Positions 40,515 to 50,042 of a stretch of DNA of 64,000 nucleotides are shown here, piece by piece (position 1 is the stretch's first letter; each line of letters starts with the position of its first letter). The notes below the pieces were generated by a model that saw only the letters and a list, made by a program, of their open reading frames with translations, was not told the DNA's origin and ran no database searches. This DNA comes from Pasteurellaceae bacterium (GTDB lineage Bacteria; Pseudomonadota; Gammaproteobacteria; Enterobacterales; Pasteurellaceae). The DNA lies in assembly GCA_900756155.1 (NCBI GenBank), contig CAAEJV010000018.1:32251-96250 (forward strand), read 5' to 3'. The translations under genes and the position numbers were made by a program.

Positions 40515-40931
40515 ATGAAAAAACTGTTTGTACTACTTACTTCAACTTTGTTATTTGCTTGTTCATCTGGTCCATCTTTAGATCAGTTAGCGGCACAAAT
40601 GCCAAAAGATAATCGCTCAGTAATGCTTCAAGTTCCAGAAGCAGGAAACCCAGTTTCAAATGGAATGCTTGTAGCAACGATTAGAACCGCAGGTGGTACT
40701 TCAGGAAAACGACTCGTATCTCTTTTAGCTACAAATAATTTACACATTGGAATTGCAGGGAACAGTCAATCTGTGAATAAAGCAGTTGCTATGCATGGAC
40801 TAAATAATGCAGAAAAGGTCGGTAAGGATGTATCTTTATACCTTGTTGGAGATAGTGAAAGTGATAAGGCAGATCTAGAAAAAGCCGCAAAAGCGAAAAA
40901 TGTAGAAATGCATTACATTATGCAAAAATAA
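40515..40931 (+). CDS. hypothetical lipoprotein
   Basis: Lipobox LLFAC-SSG; the mature protein of about 120 aa has no recognisable domain. Confidence 0.5.
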   Translation: MKKLFVLLTSTLLFACSSGPSLDQLAAQMPKDNRSVMLQVPEAGNPVSNGMLVATIRTAGGTSGKRLVSLLATNNLHIGIAGNSQSVNKAVAMHGLNNAEKVGKDVSLYLVGDSESDKADLEKAAKAKNVEMHYIMQK

Positions 40932-40947
40932 GAGATAGATACATCAA

Positions 40948-41295
40948 ATGCGGAGTGACTTAATGTTGAATTTAGATAATAAAAAATTTGTTGCTGTTGA
41001 AAACACCGCAAATGGTGAGGTCAGTAGTCAAACAGAATTTCATTACCATCAACAAGGTAAAATGATTTGGGCAGAATATGGTGGCGGTGAAATTTTAAAA
41101 GGCTTTTTAATTGGAAAATGGATTGACGATACTCAAATTGAATTTACGTATCAACATTTAAATCAATCTCTAGAAAATCGTTTGGGGCGTTGCTGTACAA
41201 CATTTTCTTTAGAAAAAAGTAAACTCGTCGGTCATGAAAAATGGCAGTGGCTAGACACGTTAGAGCAAGGCAGCTCTTTAATTAGAGAAATTTAA
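40948..41295 (+). CDS. hypothetical cytoplasmic protein
   Basis: 115-aa ORF 16 nt after the lipoprotein gene. No signal peptide and no identifiable motif. Confidence 0.4.
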   Translation: MRSDLMLNLDNKKFVAVENTANGEVSSQTEFHYHQQGKMIWAEYGGGEILKGFLIGKWIDDTQIEFTYQHLNQSLENRLGRCCTTFSLEKSKLVGHEKWQWLDTLEQGSSLIREI

Positions 41296-41312
41296 AAGAA
41301 ATTTTGTTATAG

Positions 41313-41468
41313 AATATCAGAAACAAGGTATCGGCTTGCAGTTAATTGAACACACCAAACAGGCATTACATCCACAAGCCAAAATTGTGCTGTCATCCGC
41401 TCCACAAGCGATAGATTATTATCCGCATATTGGAGTTACTCAACATATGAGTGCGTAGGCTAAGAGTT
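41313..41468 (+). pseudogene. duplicated 3' fragment of the GNAT acetyltransferase gene (roughly 93% nt identity to 40333..40488) with an in-frame TAG
   Basis: ...cagaaacaaggtatcggcttgcagttaattgaacacaccaaacagg... repeats the GNAT C-terminal coding sequence. Where GNAT has gcg tgg acg, the fragment has gcg TAG gct. Confidence 0.75.
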
Positions 41469-41479
41469 AAAAAACGCTT

Positions 41480-41583
41480 GGAAAAGTGACCACACTTTTC
41501 CGTAGCAAGAAGATGGATTACTGATAGCGCACGCTTCATAGCGTGTGCTTGTAGATAAAGGCACACGTTGGGAAACGTGCGCC
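41480..41583 (+). other. cluster of three GC-rich hairpins with mutually exclusive alternative pairings (candidate attenuator or structured leader RNA)
   Basis: Hairpin A: ggaaaagtg-acca-cacttttcc. Hairpin B: agcgcacgct-tcat-agcgtgtgct. Hairpin C: ggcacacgtt-ggga-aacgtgcgcc. The left arm of B can also pair with the right arm of C. Confidence 0.35.
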
Positions 41584-41614
41584 ATCGTAGGGTTTCATCA
41601 GGGAATAACATAAA

Positions 41615-42013
41615 ATGAAACTTAAAAAAATTGATTATTGCGAACTAAATCCCAAACAAAAAGAAATTTATAATTTCCAAAAACTAGCGGGAATATTGGC
41701 TGATTATGGCTTTAATTGTATTAAATTATCTGATGACTGGAATGGTGCTGATTTTCTTGCATATCATAAAGATCACAATGAAACTTTAAGGGTTCAATTA
41801 AAAGGTAGATTAACTATTGCTAAAAAATATCTTAACAAAGGTTTGCACATCGCTTTTCCGATAAAACAGCAATGGTGTTTAATTGAACATGACATACTCG
41901 TAGAACTTGTCAAAACTCACACTGAATGGAAATGGGAAGATGAAGGTATTCGTCATCCACCAACAGTTCCACAAAAATTACTATCTTTATTAGAAGAATA
42001 CATGATTTCTTAA
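41615..42013 (+). CDS. hypothetical protein (orphan, 132 aa)
   Basis: Soluble ORF ending just before gnd. No recognisable family. Confidence 0.45.
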   Translation: MKLKKIDYCELNPKQKEIYNFQKLAGILADYGFNCIKLSDDWNGADFLAYHKDHNETLRVQLKGRLTIAKKYLNKGLHIAFPIKQQWCLIEHDILVELVKTHTEWKWEDEGIRHPPTVPQKLLSLLEEYMIS

Positions 42014-42029
42014 AAAACAGGAGCAAAAA

Positions 42030-43484
42030 ATGTCAGTAAAAGGCGACATCGGTGTTATCGGCTTAGCCGTAATGGGGCAAAACCTCATTTTAAATATGAA
42101 TGATCATGGCTTTAAAGTCGTGGCATATAACCGTACCACTTCAAAAGTGGATGAATTTTTACAAGGTGCGGCAAAAGGCACCAATATTATCGGCGCATAC
42201 TCTTTAGAAGATTTAGCTTCTAAATTAGAAAAACCACGTAAAGTGATGTTAATGGTGCGCGCGGGTGATGTGGTGGATCAATTCATTGATGCTTTATTGC
42301 CACATTTAGAAGAAGGCGACATCATTATCGATGGCGGTAACTCAAACTATCCGGACACAAATCGTCGTGTAAAAGCATTGGCTGAAAAAGGCATCCGCTT
42401 TATCGGTACCGGTGTTTCCGGTGGTGAAGAAGGCGCGCGCCATGGGCCTTCTATCATGCCGGGTGGAAATCATGAAGCATGGCCATATGTTAAACCTATC
42501 TTCCAAGCAATCTCTGCTAAAACCGAACAAGGCGAACCTTGCTGTGACTGGGTTGGCGGTGAAGGCGCTGGCCACTTTGTGAAAATGGTTCACAATGGTA
42601 TCGAATATGGCGATATGCAATTAATCTGTGAAGCTTACCAATTCTTAAAAGAAGGTTTAGGCTTAAGCTATGAAGAAATGCAAGCGATCTTCGCAGAATG
42701 GAAAAAAACTGAACTTGATAGCTATTTAATCGATATCACCACCGATATTCTTGGTTATAAAGATGCTGATGGTGAACCATTAGTTGAAAAAATCTTAGAT
42801 ACCGCAGGCCAAAAAGGAACAGGTAAATGGACGGGTATCAATGCATTAGATTTTGGTATTCCATTAACCTTAATCACTGAATCTGTCTTTGCTCGTTGTG
42901 TCTCTTCATTTAAAGATCAACGTGTTGCCGCTAATCAATTATTCGGCAAAACAATTCAACCGGTTGAAGGCGACAAAAAAGTGTGGATTGAAGCAGTACG
43001 TAAAGCATTATTGGCGTCAAAAATCATTTCTTACGCACAAGGCTTTATGCTGATTCGTGAAGCCTCTGAACAATTTGGCTGGAACATCAACTACGGCGCA
43101 ACAGCGTTGCTATGGCGTGAAGGTTGTATTATCCGTAGCCGTTTCTTAGGTAACATTCGTGATGCATATGAAGCAAATCCAGATTTAATCTTCTTGGGTT
43201 CAGATAGCTACTTCAAAGGCATTTTAGAAAACGCATTAAGCGACTGGCGTAAAGTGGTGGCAAAATCTATCAAAGTGGGCATTCCAATGCCATGTATGGC
43301 ATCTGCGATTACGTTCTTAGATGGCTACACATCAGCACGCTTACCAGCAAACTTATTGCAAGCACAACGTGACTACTTCGGTGCTCACACTTATGAACGT
43401 ACTGATAAACCACGTGGTGAATTCTTCCACACCAACTGGACAGGTCGCGGTGGCAACACAGCATCTACCACTTATGATGTGTAA
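42030..43484 (+). CDS. gnd: 6-phosphogluconate dehydrogenase (decarboxylating)
   Basis: N-terminal Rossmann GVIGLAVMGQNLILN and catalytic region GEGAGHFVKMVHNGIEYGDMQLI; 484 aa. Confidence 0.97.
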   Translation: MSVKGDIGVIGLAVMGQNLILNMNDHGFKVVAYNRTTSKVDEFLQGAAKGTNIIGAYSLEDLASKLEKPRKVMLMVRAGDVVDQFIDALLPHLEEGDIIIDGGNSNYPDTNRRVKALAEKGIRFIGTGVSGGEEGARHGPSIMPGGNHEAWPYVKPIFQAISAKTEQGEPCCDWVGGEGAGHFVKMVHNGIEYGDMQLICEAYQFLKEGLGLSYEEMQAIFAEWKKTELDSYLIDITTDILGYKDADGEPLVEKILDTAGQKGTGKWTGINALDFGIPLTLITESVFARCVSSFKDQRVAANQLFGKTIQPVEGDKKVWIEAVRKALLASKIISYAQGFMLIREASEQFGWNINYGATALLWREGCIIRSRFLGNIRDAYEANPDLIFLGSDSYFKGILENALSDWRKVVAKSIKVGIPMPCMASAITFLDGYTSARLPANLLQAQRDYFGAHTYERTDKPRGEFFHTNWTGRGGNTASTTYDV

Positions 43485-43507
43485 GTCTAAAAACTCATGA
43501 TAAACTC

Positions 43508-43546
43508 GCCGCACTTTGTTCGCATAAAGTGCGGTTTATTTTTACC
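43508..43546 (+). terminator. USS-pair terminator after gnd
   Basis: cgccgcactttgttcgcataaagtgcggtttattttt. Confidence 0.55.
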
Positions 43547-43551
43547 TTATT

Positions 43552-43884
43552 TTGGAGAAACCTATGTTATCTCAATCACGCTTAGATAAAATTTCAGAAA
43601 TGGAAAACCTTCTTAATGAAGCAGAGAGTTTCTTAGCCGACGCAGAACAATTTCTTGAAAAATGGCAGGCTTTCTTACCAAAAATGAAAACCTTAGAACA
43701 CTATTATTTTGATGGTGACTGGCGAGAAGATTATCAAGCTTATGAGGACGGTAAAATCCCAGAGGATATGCCTTGTGGTGTATTAAGTGAAGATTTAGTA
43801 TTTAATGCGAGTACAGGACACCATGGATTGGCGATTGAATATTTGAAAGTGATTGCGAAAGTATTAGATCAAGCTAAAGATTAA
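43552..43884 (+). CDS. hypothetical small cytoplasmic protein
   Basis: 110-aa acidic ORF, likely starting at MLSQ (43564). Unknown family. Confidence 0.4.
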   Translation: MEKPMLSQSRLDKISEMENLLNEAESFLADAEQFLEKWQAFLPKMKTLEHYYFDGDWREDYQAYEDGKIPEDMPCGVLSEDLVFNASTGHHGLAIEYLKVIAKVLDQAKD

Positions 43885-44013
43885 TATTCAATATATTTAA
43901 TTGTTCAAAAAAACATCGAAAAACGCATATTTTTGAACTTTCATTCATATCCGTTTGTCTTATGGAGTACTATCAATATGGATAGTTTTATATGTTAAAC
44001 ACGGAGAGATCCT

Positions 44014-44217
44014 ATGAAATTAATTGGAAAATCACTTGTTATCGCGATGACTATTATTTCCCTTGCTGCATGTGGAAATATGAACCGTACACAAAAAAAT
44101 ACAACAGCTGGTGCAGCTATTGGTGGTGCAGCAGGCTATATGCTTGGTGGTAATACCGCGACCACATTAGGTGGTGCCGCATTAGGTGGCGTAATCGGTA
44201 GCCAAGTCAATAAATAG
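44014..44217 (+). CDS. glycine-zipper small lipoprotein (Rick_17kDa_Anti/YMGG-like)
   Basis: Lipobox LAAC followed by AGAAIGGAAGYMLGG....LGGAALGGVIGS glycine-zipper repeats. Confidence 0.6.
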   Translation: MKLIGKSLVIAMTIISLAACGNMNRTQKNTTAGAAIGGAAGYMLGGNTATTLGGAALGGVIGSQVNK

Positions 44218-44222
44218 TCAAA

Positions 44223-44262
44223 AAAATAACCGCACTTAATAAGTGGCGGTTATTTTTTTATT
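44223..44262. terminator. bidirectional USS-pair terminator between the lipoprotein gene and srmB
   Basis: aaaaaataaccgcacttaataagtggcggttattttttta. Confidence 0.55.
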
Positions 44263-45589
44263 ATTTCTCATCTGTTTTTTCTGTGCTTGGTTTACGGCGT
44301 TTACCAATATTTTTCGTATCTTTATGACGTAATTTGGCTTTCTTCTTCACCTCTGATTTTTTCTTTTCTTCACGTTTTTCTTTAATACGCGCCTTTTGCT
44401 TTTTAGACATGGATTTTACTTCACCATCTTTTGGTGGTTTAGTGCGAGGTTCTAAGCCTTCTAAAATCCGTGCTTTCAAAAGCTCTTCCGTATAACGTTT
44501 TATTTTACCGAGCAATTTATAATCATGGGCTTCAACAAAAGAAACAGCTGTGCCCTTTTTCCCTGCACGAGCCGTACGACCAATACGATGTAAATAGGTA
44601 TCTGCACTGTAAGGTAAATCGAAGTTCATGACATGTGTCACATCATCAATATCAATCCCACGAGCAGCGACATCAGTAGCCACTAACACAGTAACAACAC
44701 CTGATTTTAATTTATCAATGGCATTATTACGTTGTGTTTGCGCCATATCGCCTTCTAAATAAGTAGAACGAATACCGCGTTTACGCAAAGTCTCAGAAAG
44801 CTCACGCACATCTTCTCTACGACGCACAAACACAATGCCGCGACTCACGTTCTCGGTTTCGATAAAACGCGCAAGCAACTTGATTTTATGTTCATTGCTG
44901 TCGGCATGATAATACCATTGGTTGATTTTCTTGCGCTCACGACGACTTGGTTCTGCATCGATTTTTACCGGATCATTTAATAAACGATCTGCAAAATCGA
45001 CTAATAACTCCCCTTCTAATGTGGCAGAGAAAAGAAGGGTTTGTTTACGCCAACGCGTTTCAGCGGCAATTTTCTCCGCATCTTGGCCAAAGCCCATTTG
45101 CAACATGCGATCTGCTTCATCAAAAATCAATATTTCTACCGCACGACAATCAAAGTTTTCTTCTTTGATGTATTGCAACAAACGCCCCGGTGTTGCCACC
45201 ACGATATCTTGATTTGAATTAAACACTTCCCCATGATTTTGATACGCCACACCGCCAGTAATGGTTGCAATCTTCAAATGTGTGAATTGTGTCAACTCTT
45301 CCGCTTGCTCTGCAACCTGCATCGCTAACTCACGGGTTGGCGTTAAAATTAAAATACGAGGTGCCCCTGGTTTACGACGTGGATAATCCAATAAATGCTG
45401 AATAGCCGGCAATAAAAATGCAGCAGTTTTGCCTGTACCTGTTGGTGCAGAACCGAGCACATCACGTTCTTCCATGGCTGCCGGAATCGCTTCTAATTGG
45501 ATGGCTGTTGGGCGAGTGTAGCCTTTCTTTTCTAAGGCTTTTAATAATTCAGGGGAAAGATCGAATTCTTCAAATGGGGATAAATTCAT
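44261..45589 (-). CDS. srmB: ATP-dependent RNA helicase SrmB (DEAD-box)
   Basis: Q-motif, Walker A APTGTGKT, DEAD, SAT and HRIGRTAR motifs, plus a basic C-terminal tail. The N-terminus is collinear with E. coli SrmB. Confidence 0.9.
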   Translation of the reverse strand: MNLSPFEEFDLSPELLKALEKKGYTRPTAIQLEAIPAAMEERDVLGSAPTGTGKTAAFLLPAIQHLLDYPRRKPGAPRILILTPTRELAMQVAEQAEELTQFTHLKIATITGGVAYQNHGEVFNSNQDIVVATPGRLLQYIKEENFDCRAVEILIFDEADRMLQMGFGQDAEKIAAETRWRKQTLLFSATLEGELLVDFADRLLNDPVKIDAEPSRRERKKINQWYYHADSNEHKIKLLARFIETENVSRGIVFVRRREDVRELSETLRKRGIRSTYLEGDMAQTQRNNAIDKLKSGVVTVLVATDVAARGIDIDDVTHVMNFDLPYSADTYLHRIGRTARAGKKGTAVSFVEAHDYKLLGKIKRYTEELLKARILEGLEPRTKPPKDGEVKSMSKKQKARIKEKREEKKKSEVKKKAKLRHKDTKNIGKRRKPSTEKTDEK

Positions 45590-45659
45590 TATTTTGCGTT
45601 AATTTGTTAAAATTAGGGCTGATTATACCTGAAAATGCGGTCATTTTCCGCAAGATTTT

Positions 45660-46358
45660 ATGAGCAGCTTTACCTTCAAACAATTCCATATTAATCAACA
45701 ACATTGTGCAATGAAAGTCGGCACTGACGGCATTTTACTGGGTGCATGGGCGGATGTGTCTGATTGTCAGCGTATTCTTGATATGGGGACTGGCACAGGC
45801 TTGGTTGCATTAATGCTCGCCCAACGAAGTCATGAGCATTGCCAAATTGAAGCCGTTGAGCTTGATCCCCTTGCAGCACAACAAGCACAAGAAAACTTCA
45901 AGGCTTCGCCATGGCACAATCGTCTTCATTTAACACGCCAAGACGTGCAAACTTATTGCCAACAAACAGCGCATCAATTTGATTTAATTGTGGCTAATCC
46001 GCCTTATTTTGCACAAGGCGTTGAATGTAAAAATGACGAACGAGCACTTGCCCGTTATGTTCAACAAAGCCATTTAGATTGGTTAAATTGGGCGTCGAGT
46101 TGTTTATCTGAAAAAGGAAAAATCAGTTTTGTCTTGCCTTATGAGGCGGGGAAAACATTGATAAATTCAACCGCACTTTATTGCATTAAGCAGGCTGATG
46201 TCATTACAAAAATAGGAAAAGATCCACAACGGATGTTACTCACGTTTAGCCGAGAGCATTTACCACAGGTAAAAGATAGCTTGGTGATTTATGATGAAAA
46301 CAATCAGTACACAGAGGAATTTATTGCATTGACGAAGGCATTTTATTTAAAAATGTAA
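45660..46358 (+). CDS. trmN6: tRNA1(Val) (adenine37-N6)-methyltransferase
   Basis: FTFKQF...CAMKVGTDGILLGAWA matches E. coli YfiC, with the NPPY(F) catalytic motif. It is divergent from srmB, as in E. coli. Confidence 0.85.
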   Translation: MSSFTFKQFHINQQHCAMKVGTDGILLGAWADVSDCQRILDMGTGTGLVALMLAQRSHEHCQIEAVELDPLAAQQAQENFKASPWHNRLHLTRQDVQTYCQQTAHQFDLIVANPPYFAQGVECKNDERALARYVQQSHLDWLNWASSCLSEKGKISFVLPYEAGKTLINSTALYCIKQADVITKIGKDPQRMLLTFSREHLPQVKDSLVIYDENNQYTEEFIALTKAFYLKM

Positions 46359-46392
46359 GGACATATGACTATGCCCTTTTTAATTGATGTGA

Positions 46393-47076
46393 TTAGTGAT
46401 TTTCTGCTTTGACGAGTTTCGTCCAGTTGTAATAACCATATAATGAGTTGAGTAAGTAAGCACTATACATTAAGTACATTGCTGGCTGTTCTGCCCAAAG
46501 CAAAATGGAAAGCACATTTAAGACAATCCATAATAACCATTGCTCACGATAACGCAAAATCATCAATAATTGTGCCGCTACGGTGATAATCGTGGTTAAA
46601 CCATCTAATTCTGTAGAACTCCCGCCTGCGGCTTTTAAAGCCTGTACAAAGCAGAATGTACCAATCCCAACACTCACGAGTAAAACAGCCCAACCTTTTG
46701 GCGTCAAGGCTTTTGCAATCACACTTTCACCGCCGTTATCGTTCTGCATGTGTTGTTTCCACATAAAATAACCGATAAATTGTGATGGGATATACACATA
46801 GAGCGCCGTATTCATTTCACCAAGGAAATTGTTTCCCCAGGAGACATAAAAATAGGTATAAGCAAAAATAAGCCCAAAGAAATAGTTACTAATTTTTCCT
46901 TTACTCACCAATACCACGCAGAGAATACCTGCAATACCTGAAATCATGCCTAATGGGCTATCCGGCATAAGAACATAAGCAATAATTTGTGCAGCAAGGA
47001 AAATAACTACCCATGCCACTTCAAAAGGTTTCCAGCCTGATAAAAATTCTTCTTTAAGTCGTTCTGTCCAATTCAT
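46393..47076 (-). CDS. pnuC: nicotinamide riboside transporter
   Basis: MNWTERLKEEFLSGWKPFE... and a 7-TM PnuC pattern. The ATG at 47076 has RBS AGGAG; the track ORF is 11 codons longer. Confidence 0.85.
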   Translation of the reverse strand: MNWTERLKEEFLSGWKPFEVAWVVIFLAAQIIAYVLMPDSPLGMISGIAGILCVVLVSKGKISNYFFGLIFAYTYFYVSWGNNFLGEMNTALYVYIPSQFIGYFMWKQHMQNDNGGESVIAKALTPKGWAVLLVSVGIGTFCFVQALKAAGGSSTELDGLTTIITVAAQLLMILRYREQWLLWIVLNVLSILLWAEQPAMYLMYSAYLLNSLYGYYNWTKLVKAENH

Positions 47077-47162
47077 GGAACACTCCTGTTTTATGAAAAA
47101 GTACGTCATTTTTACACCGCACTTTTTTAAAGTAAAGCTTAGGTGACATTTAATTTAATTAT

Positions 47163-47178
47163 TGTGAGAAAAATCACA
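47163..47178. promoter_or_regulatory. perfect-consensus CRP site TGTGA-N6-TCACA in the pnuC/rapA intergenic region
   Basis: atTGTGAgaaaaaTCACActt. A TATAAT hexamer lies at 47222-47227, about 50 nt downstream on the + strand. Confidence 0.5.
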
Positions 47179-47272
47179 CTTTATTTTTCATGCTTTTAGA
47201 TGTCCATGCCTTGCTTTCCCTTATAATCAGACTACAATATCGCCCCATTTTAAAAGATTCATTAAGAGGAAG

Positions 47273-50038
47273 ATGATGTCATTTGCAATCGGTCAACGCT
47301 GGATTAGTGAAACCGAAAATAACCTCGGATTAGGGATGATTACCGCCTTAGATTTCCGTTCTGTTACCCTTCACTTTCCTGCCACAGATGAAACCCGAAT
47401 TTATGCGGTAGCGCAAGCACCATTAACCCGAATTGCATTGAATAAAGGTGAACAACTTCATCACCAAGCGGGTTGGCAAGGTGAAGTCCTTGATGTTCAG
47501 GAAATGAATGGTCTCTTATTTTATTTAGTCAAAAATGCGCAAGGCAAAGAGATTATCGTCAATGAAAAAGAACTTTCTCCGATAATTTCTTTTAGCCAAG
47601 CGAAAGATCGCCTCTTTTCATCACAGATTGATCGTAGTGAACATTTTGCGTTGCGCTATCAAACACTTCTGCATCAACAAGCTCAATTTCAATCGCCTTT
47701 GCGAGGCTTACGAGGCAATCGTGCGGGCTTAATTCCTCATCAACTTCATATTGCGCAAGAGGTGGGAAATCGTATCAATCCGCGTGTGCTCTTAGCCGAT
47801 GAAGTAGGTTTAGGTAAAACCATTGAAGCAGGGATGATTTTGCAAAATCAGCTTTTTGCTGAAAAAGTACAACGTGTGTTAATTATTGTACCGGAAACCT
47901 TACAACATCAATGGCTTGTCGAAATGCTTCGTCGTTTTAATTTACATTTTTCATTATTTGATGAAGAACGTTGTGAAGATTTTGCCGAACAAGCCATCAA
48001 TCCATTTAGCACGGAAAGCTTAATTATTTGTGCATTAGACTGGTTGAAAGCTCACCCTCATCGCTTACAACAAGCCATTGAAGCTGAATTTGACTGTTTA
48101 ATTGTCGATGAAGCACATCATTTAGCTTGGTCTGAAAATGCGCCAAGTGTCGCTTATTTACTGGTGGAACAATTAGCGAATGCTATTCCGTCTGTTTTAT
48201 TACTCACTGCAACGCCTGAACAACTGGGTTTGGAAAGTCATTTTGCACGCTTGCGCTTGCTTGATCCTGAGCGTTTTTATGATTACCAGGCGTTCTTAAA
48301 GGAACAGGAAAACTATCAGCCTGTTGCGGATGCTGTGCAATCTTTACTCTCAGAGAAGCCGCTAAGTGCGGTCGAAAAAAATCATATTTCTGATTTACTT
48401 CATGAGCAAGATGTCGAACCATTATTTAAAGCTTTAGCCTGTCATAATGACGATGAGAAGCAAACTGCGCGACAAGAGCTCATTCAAAATCTCATCGATC
48501 GACACGGTACAAGCCGTATTTTATTTCGCAATACACGCCAAGGGGTGAAAGGTTTCCCGCATCGGGTTTACCATCAAATAACGATTGATGCGGCTGAAGT
48601 AGACGAAAAAATTCATTGGTTAATTGATTTTCTAAAATCACACCGAAATGAAAAAATCTTAGTCATTTGTAAAACTGCACAAACAGCAATTCAACTTGAG
48701 CAAATTTTACGAGAAAAAGAAGCCATTCGCAGTGCTGTTTTCCATGAAAGAATGTCAATCATTGAACGAGATCGTGCAGCGGCTTATTTTGCCGATACCG
48801 ATAATGGCGCACAAGTTTTACTGAGTTCAAGCATTGGTTCTGAAGGCAGAAACTTCCAATTTGCTTGTCATCTCGTACTCTTCGATTTACCAGAAAATCC
48901 TGACTTACTTGAGCAATGTATTGGCCGTTTAGATCGTATCGGGCAAATGCGAGATGTACAAATTTATGTACCTTGCCTCGCAAACTCTGCGCAGCAAGAT
49001 TTAGCTCGTTGGTATCATGAAGGTTTAAATGCCTTTGAACAAACTTGCCCTATCGGAATGACACTGTTTGAACAATATGAATCGTTACTAAAAGTGCGGT
49101 CAGAAAATAAAGCGGATTTTGAGCAACTCATTCTCCAAACGCAAAAACAAGCAAAAGCATTGCGTTTAGCCTTAGAGAAAGGGCGTGATCGTTTGTTAGA
49201 ATTAAATTCTAATGGTGGAGAAAAGGCACAACGACTTGCGTCAGAAATTGCTCAAACAGATAATTCACCACAATTAGTCGATTTTGCACTGAATTTATTT
49301 GATATTATTGGCGTAGAGCAAGATGATTTAGGTGAAAACAGCATTGTCATCACGCCAACGGGCACCATGCTTGTTCCTGATTTTCCAGGACTAAAAGAAG
49401 AAGGTATTACAGTAACCTTTGACCGACAACTTGCTCTTGCTCGTGAGGAATTAGAATTTCTTACTTGGGATCATCCAATGATACGCCAAGGCATTGATTT
49501 AATCGTTTCTGGTGACATTGGCAAAGCATCGATAGCATTATTAGTTAATAAACAGCTACCTGCAGGCACTCTTTTGGTTGAATTGATTTATATGATTGAA
49601 AGCCAATCACCAAAAGATTTGCAACTGAATCGTTTTCTTCCGCCTACGCCTGTTCGATTATTACTGGATAGCAAAGGAAATAATCTAGCCGGACAAGTTA
49701 ATTTTGATACATTGCAAAATAAACTTAAGCCGCTAAGCAAAGACATTGCGAATAAAATGGTCAAAATGGTTCGTCCAAATATTGAGCAATTAATAAAAAT
49801 AGGCGATCACAAAATGACTGAAATCGCACAAGCTAAAATCCAAGAAGCCAGTAGATTGGCAAATCAAACATTGAGCACTGAGCTCAATCGACTTATAGCC
49901 TTGAAAGCAGTAAATAAAAATATTCGCCAAACGGAAATTGATGTATTAGAAAAACAACGCGAGCTTTCTCTGGAAGAGTTAAGTAAAGCAAGCTGGCGAT
50001 TAGATAGCCTTCGGGTAATAGTGACAAACAAGGAATAA
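47273..50038 (+). CDS. rapA: RNA polymerase-associated SWI2/SNF2 ATPase RapA (HepA)
   Basis: N-terminus [18 protein letters not shown] matches RapA. It has helicase motifs DEVGLGKT and DEAHH, followed by rluA as in E. coli. Confidence 0.93.
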   Translation: MMSFAIGQRWISETENNLGLGMITALDFRSVTLHFPATDETRIYAVAQAPLTRIALNKGEQLHHQAGWQGEVLDVQEMNGLLFYLVKNAQGKEIIVNEKELSPIISFSQAKDRLFSSQIDRSEHFALRYQTLLHQQAQFQSPLRGLRGNRAGLIPHQLHIAQEVGNRINPRVLLADEVGLGKTIEAGMILQNQLFAEKVQRVLIIVPETLQHQWLVEMLRRFNLHFSLFDEERCEDFAEQAINPFSTESLIICALDWLKAHPHRLQQAIEAEFDCLIVDEAHHLAWSENAPSVAYLLVEQLANAIPSVLLLTATPEQLGLESHFARLRLLDPERFYDYQAFLKEQENYQPVADAVQSLLSEKPLSAVEKNHISDLLHEQDVEPLFKALACHNDDEKQTARQELIQNLIDRHGTSRILFRNTRQGVKGFPHRVYHQITIDAAEVDEKIHWLIDFLKSHRNEKILVICKTAQTAIQLEQILREKEAIRSAVFHERMSIIERDRAAAYFADTDNGAQVLLSSSIGSEGRNFQFACHLVLFDLPENPDLLEQCIGRLDRIGQMRDVQIYVPCLANSAQQDLARWYHEGLNAFEQTCPIGMTLFEQYESLLKVRSENKADFEQLILQTQKQAKALRLALEKGRDRLLELNSNGGEKAQRLASEIAQTDNSPQLVDFALNLFDIIGVEQDDLGENSIVITPTGTMLVPDFPGLKEEGITVTFDRQLALAREELEFLTWDHPMIRQGIDLIVSGDIGKASIALLVNKQLPAGTLLVELIYMIESQSPKDLQLNRFLPPTPVRLLLDSKGNNLAGQVNFDTLQNKLKPLSKDIANKMVKMVRPNIEQLIKIGDHKMTEIAQAKIQEASRLANQTLSTELNRLIALKAVNKNIRQTEIDVLEKQRELSLEELSKASWRLDSLRVIVTNKE
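49092..49100 (+). repeat. Hin-type USS core inside rapA
   Basis: Sequence aaagtgcggtcagaaaat; a second copy lies at 48364-48372. Confidence 0.7.
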
Positions 50039-50042
50039 TAAT

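Noticed and set aside
41480-41610. GC-rich 130-bp stretch considered as a possible tRNA or tmRNA
   Set aside because: No T-loop (GTTCGAATC-like), D-loop or acceptor-stem pattern. The structure is a set of hairpins with shared arms instead.
41393-41611. 72-aa minus-strand ORF across the GNAT fragment and hairpin cluster
   Set aside because: It overlaps the pseudogene fragment and the GC-rich hairpins. Composition-driven, with no RBS.
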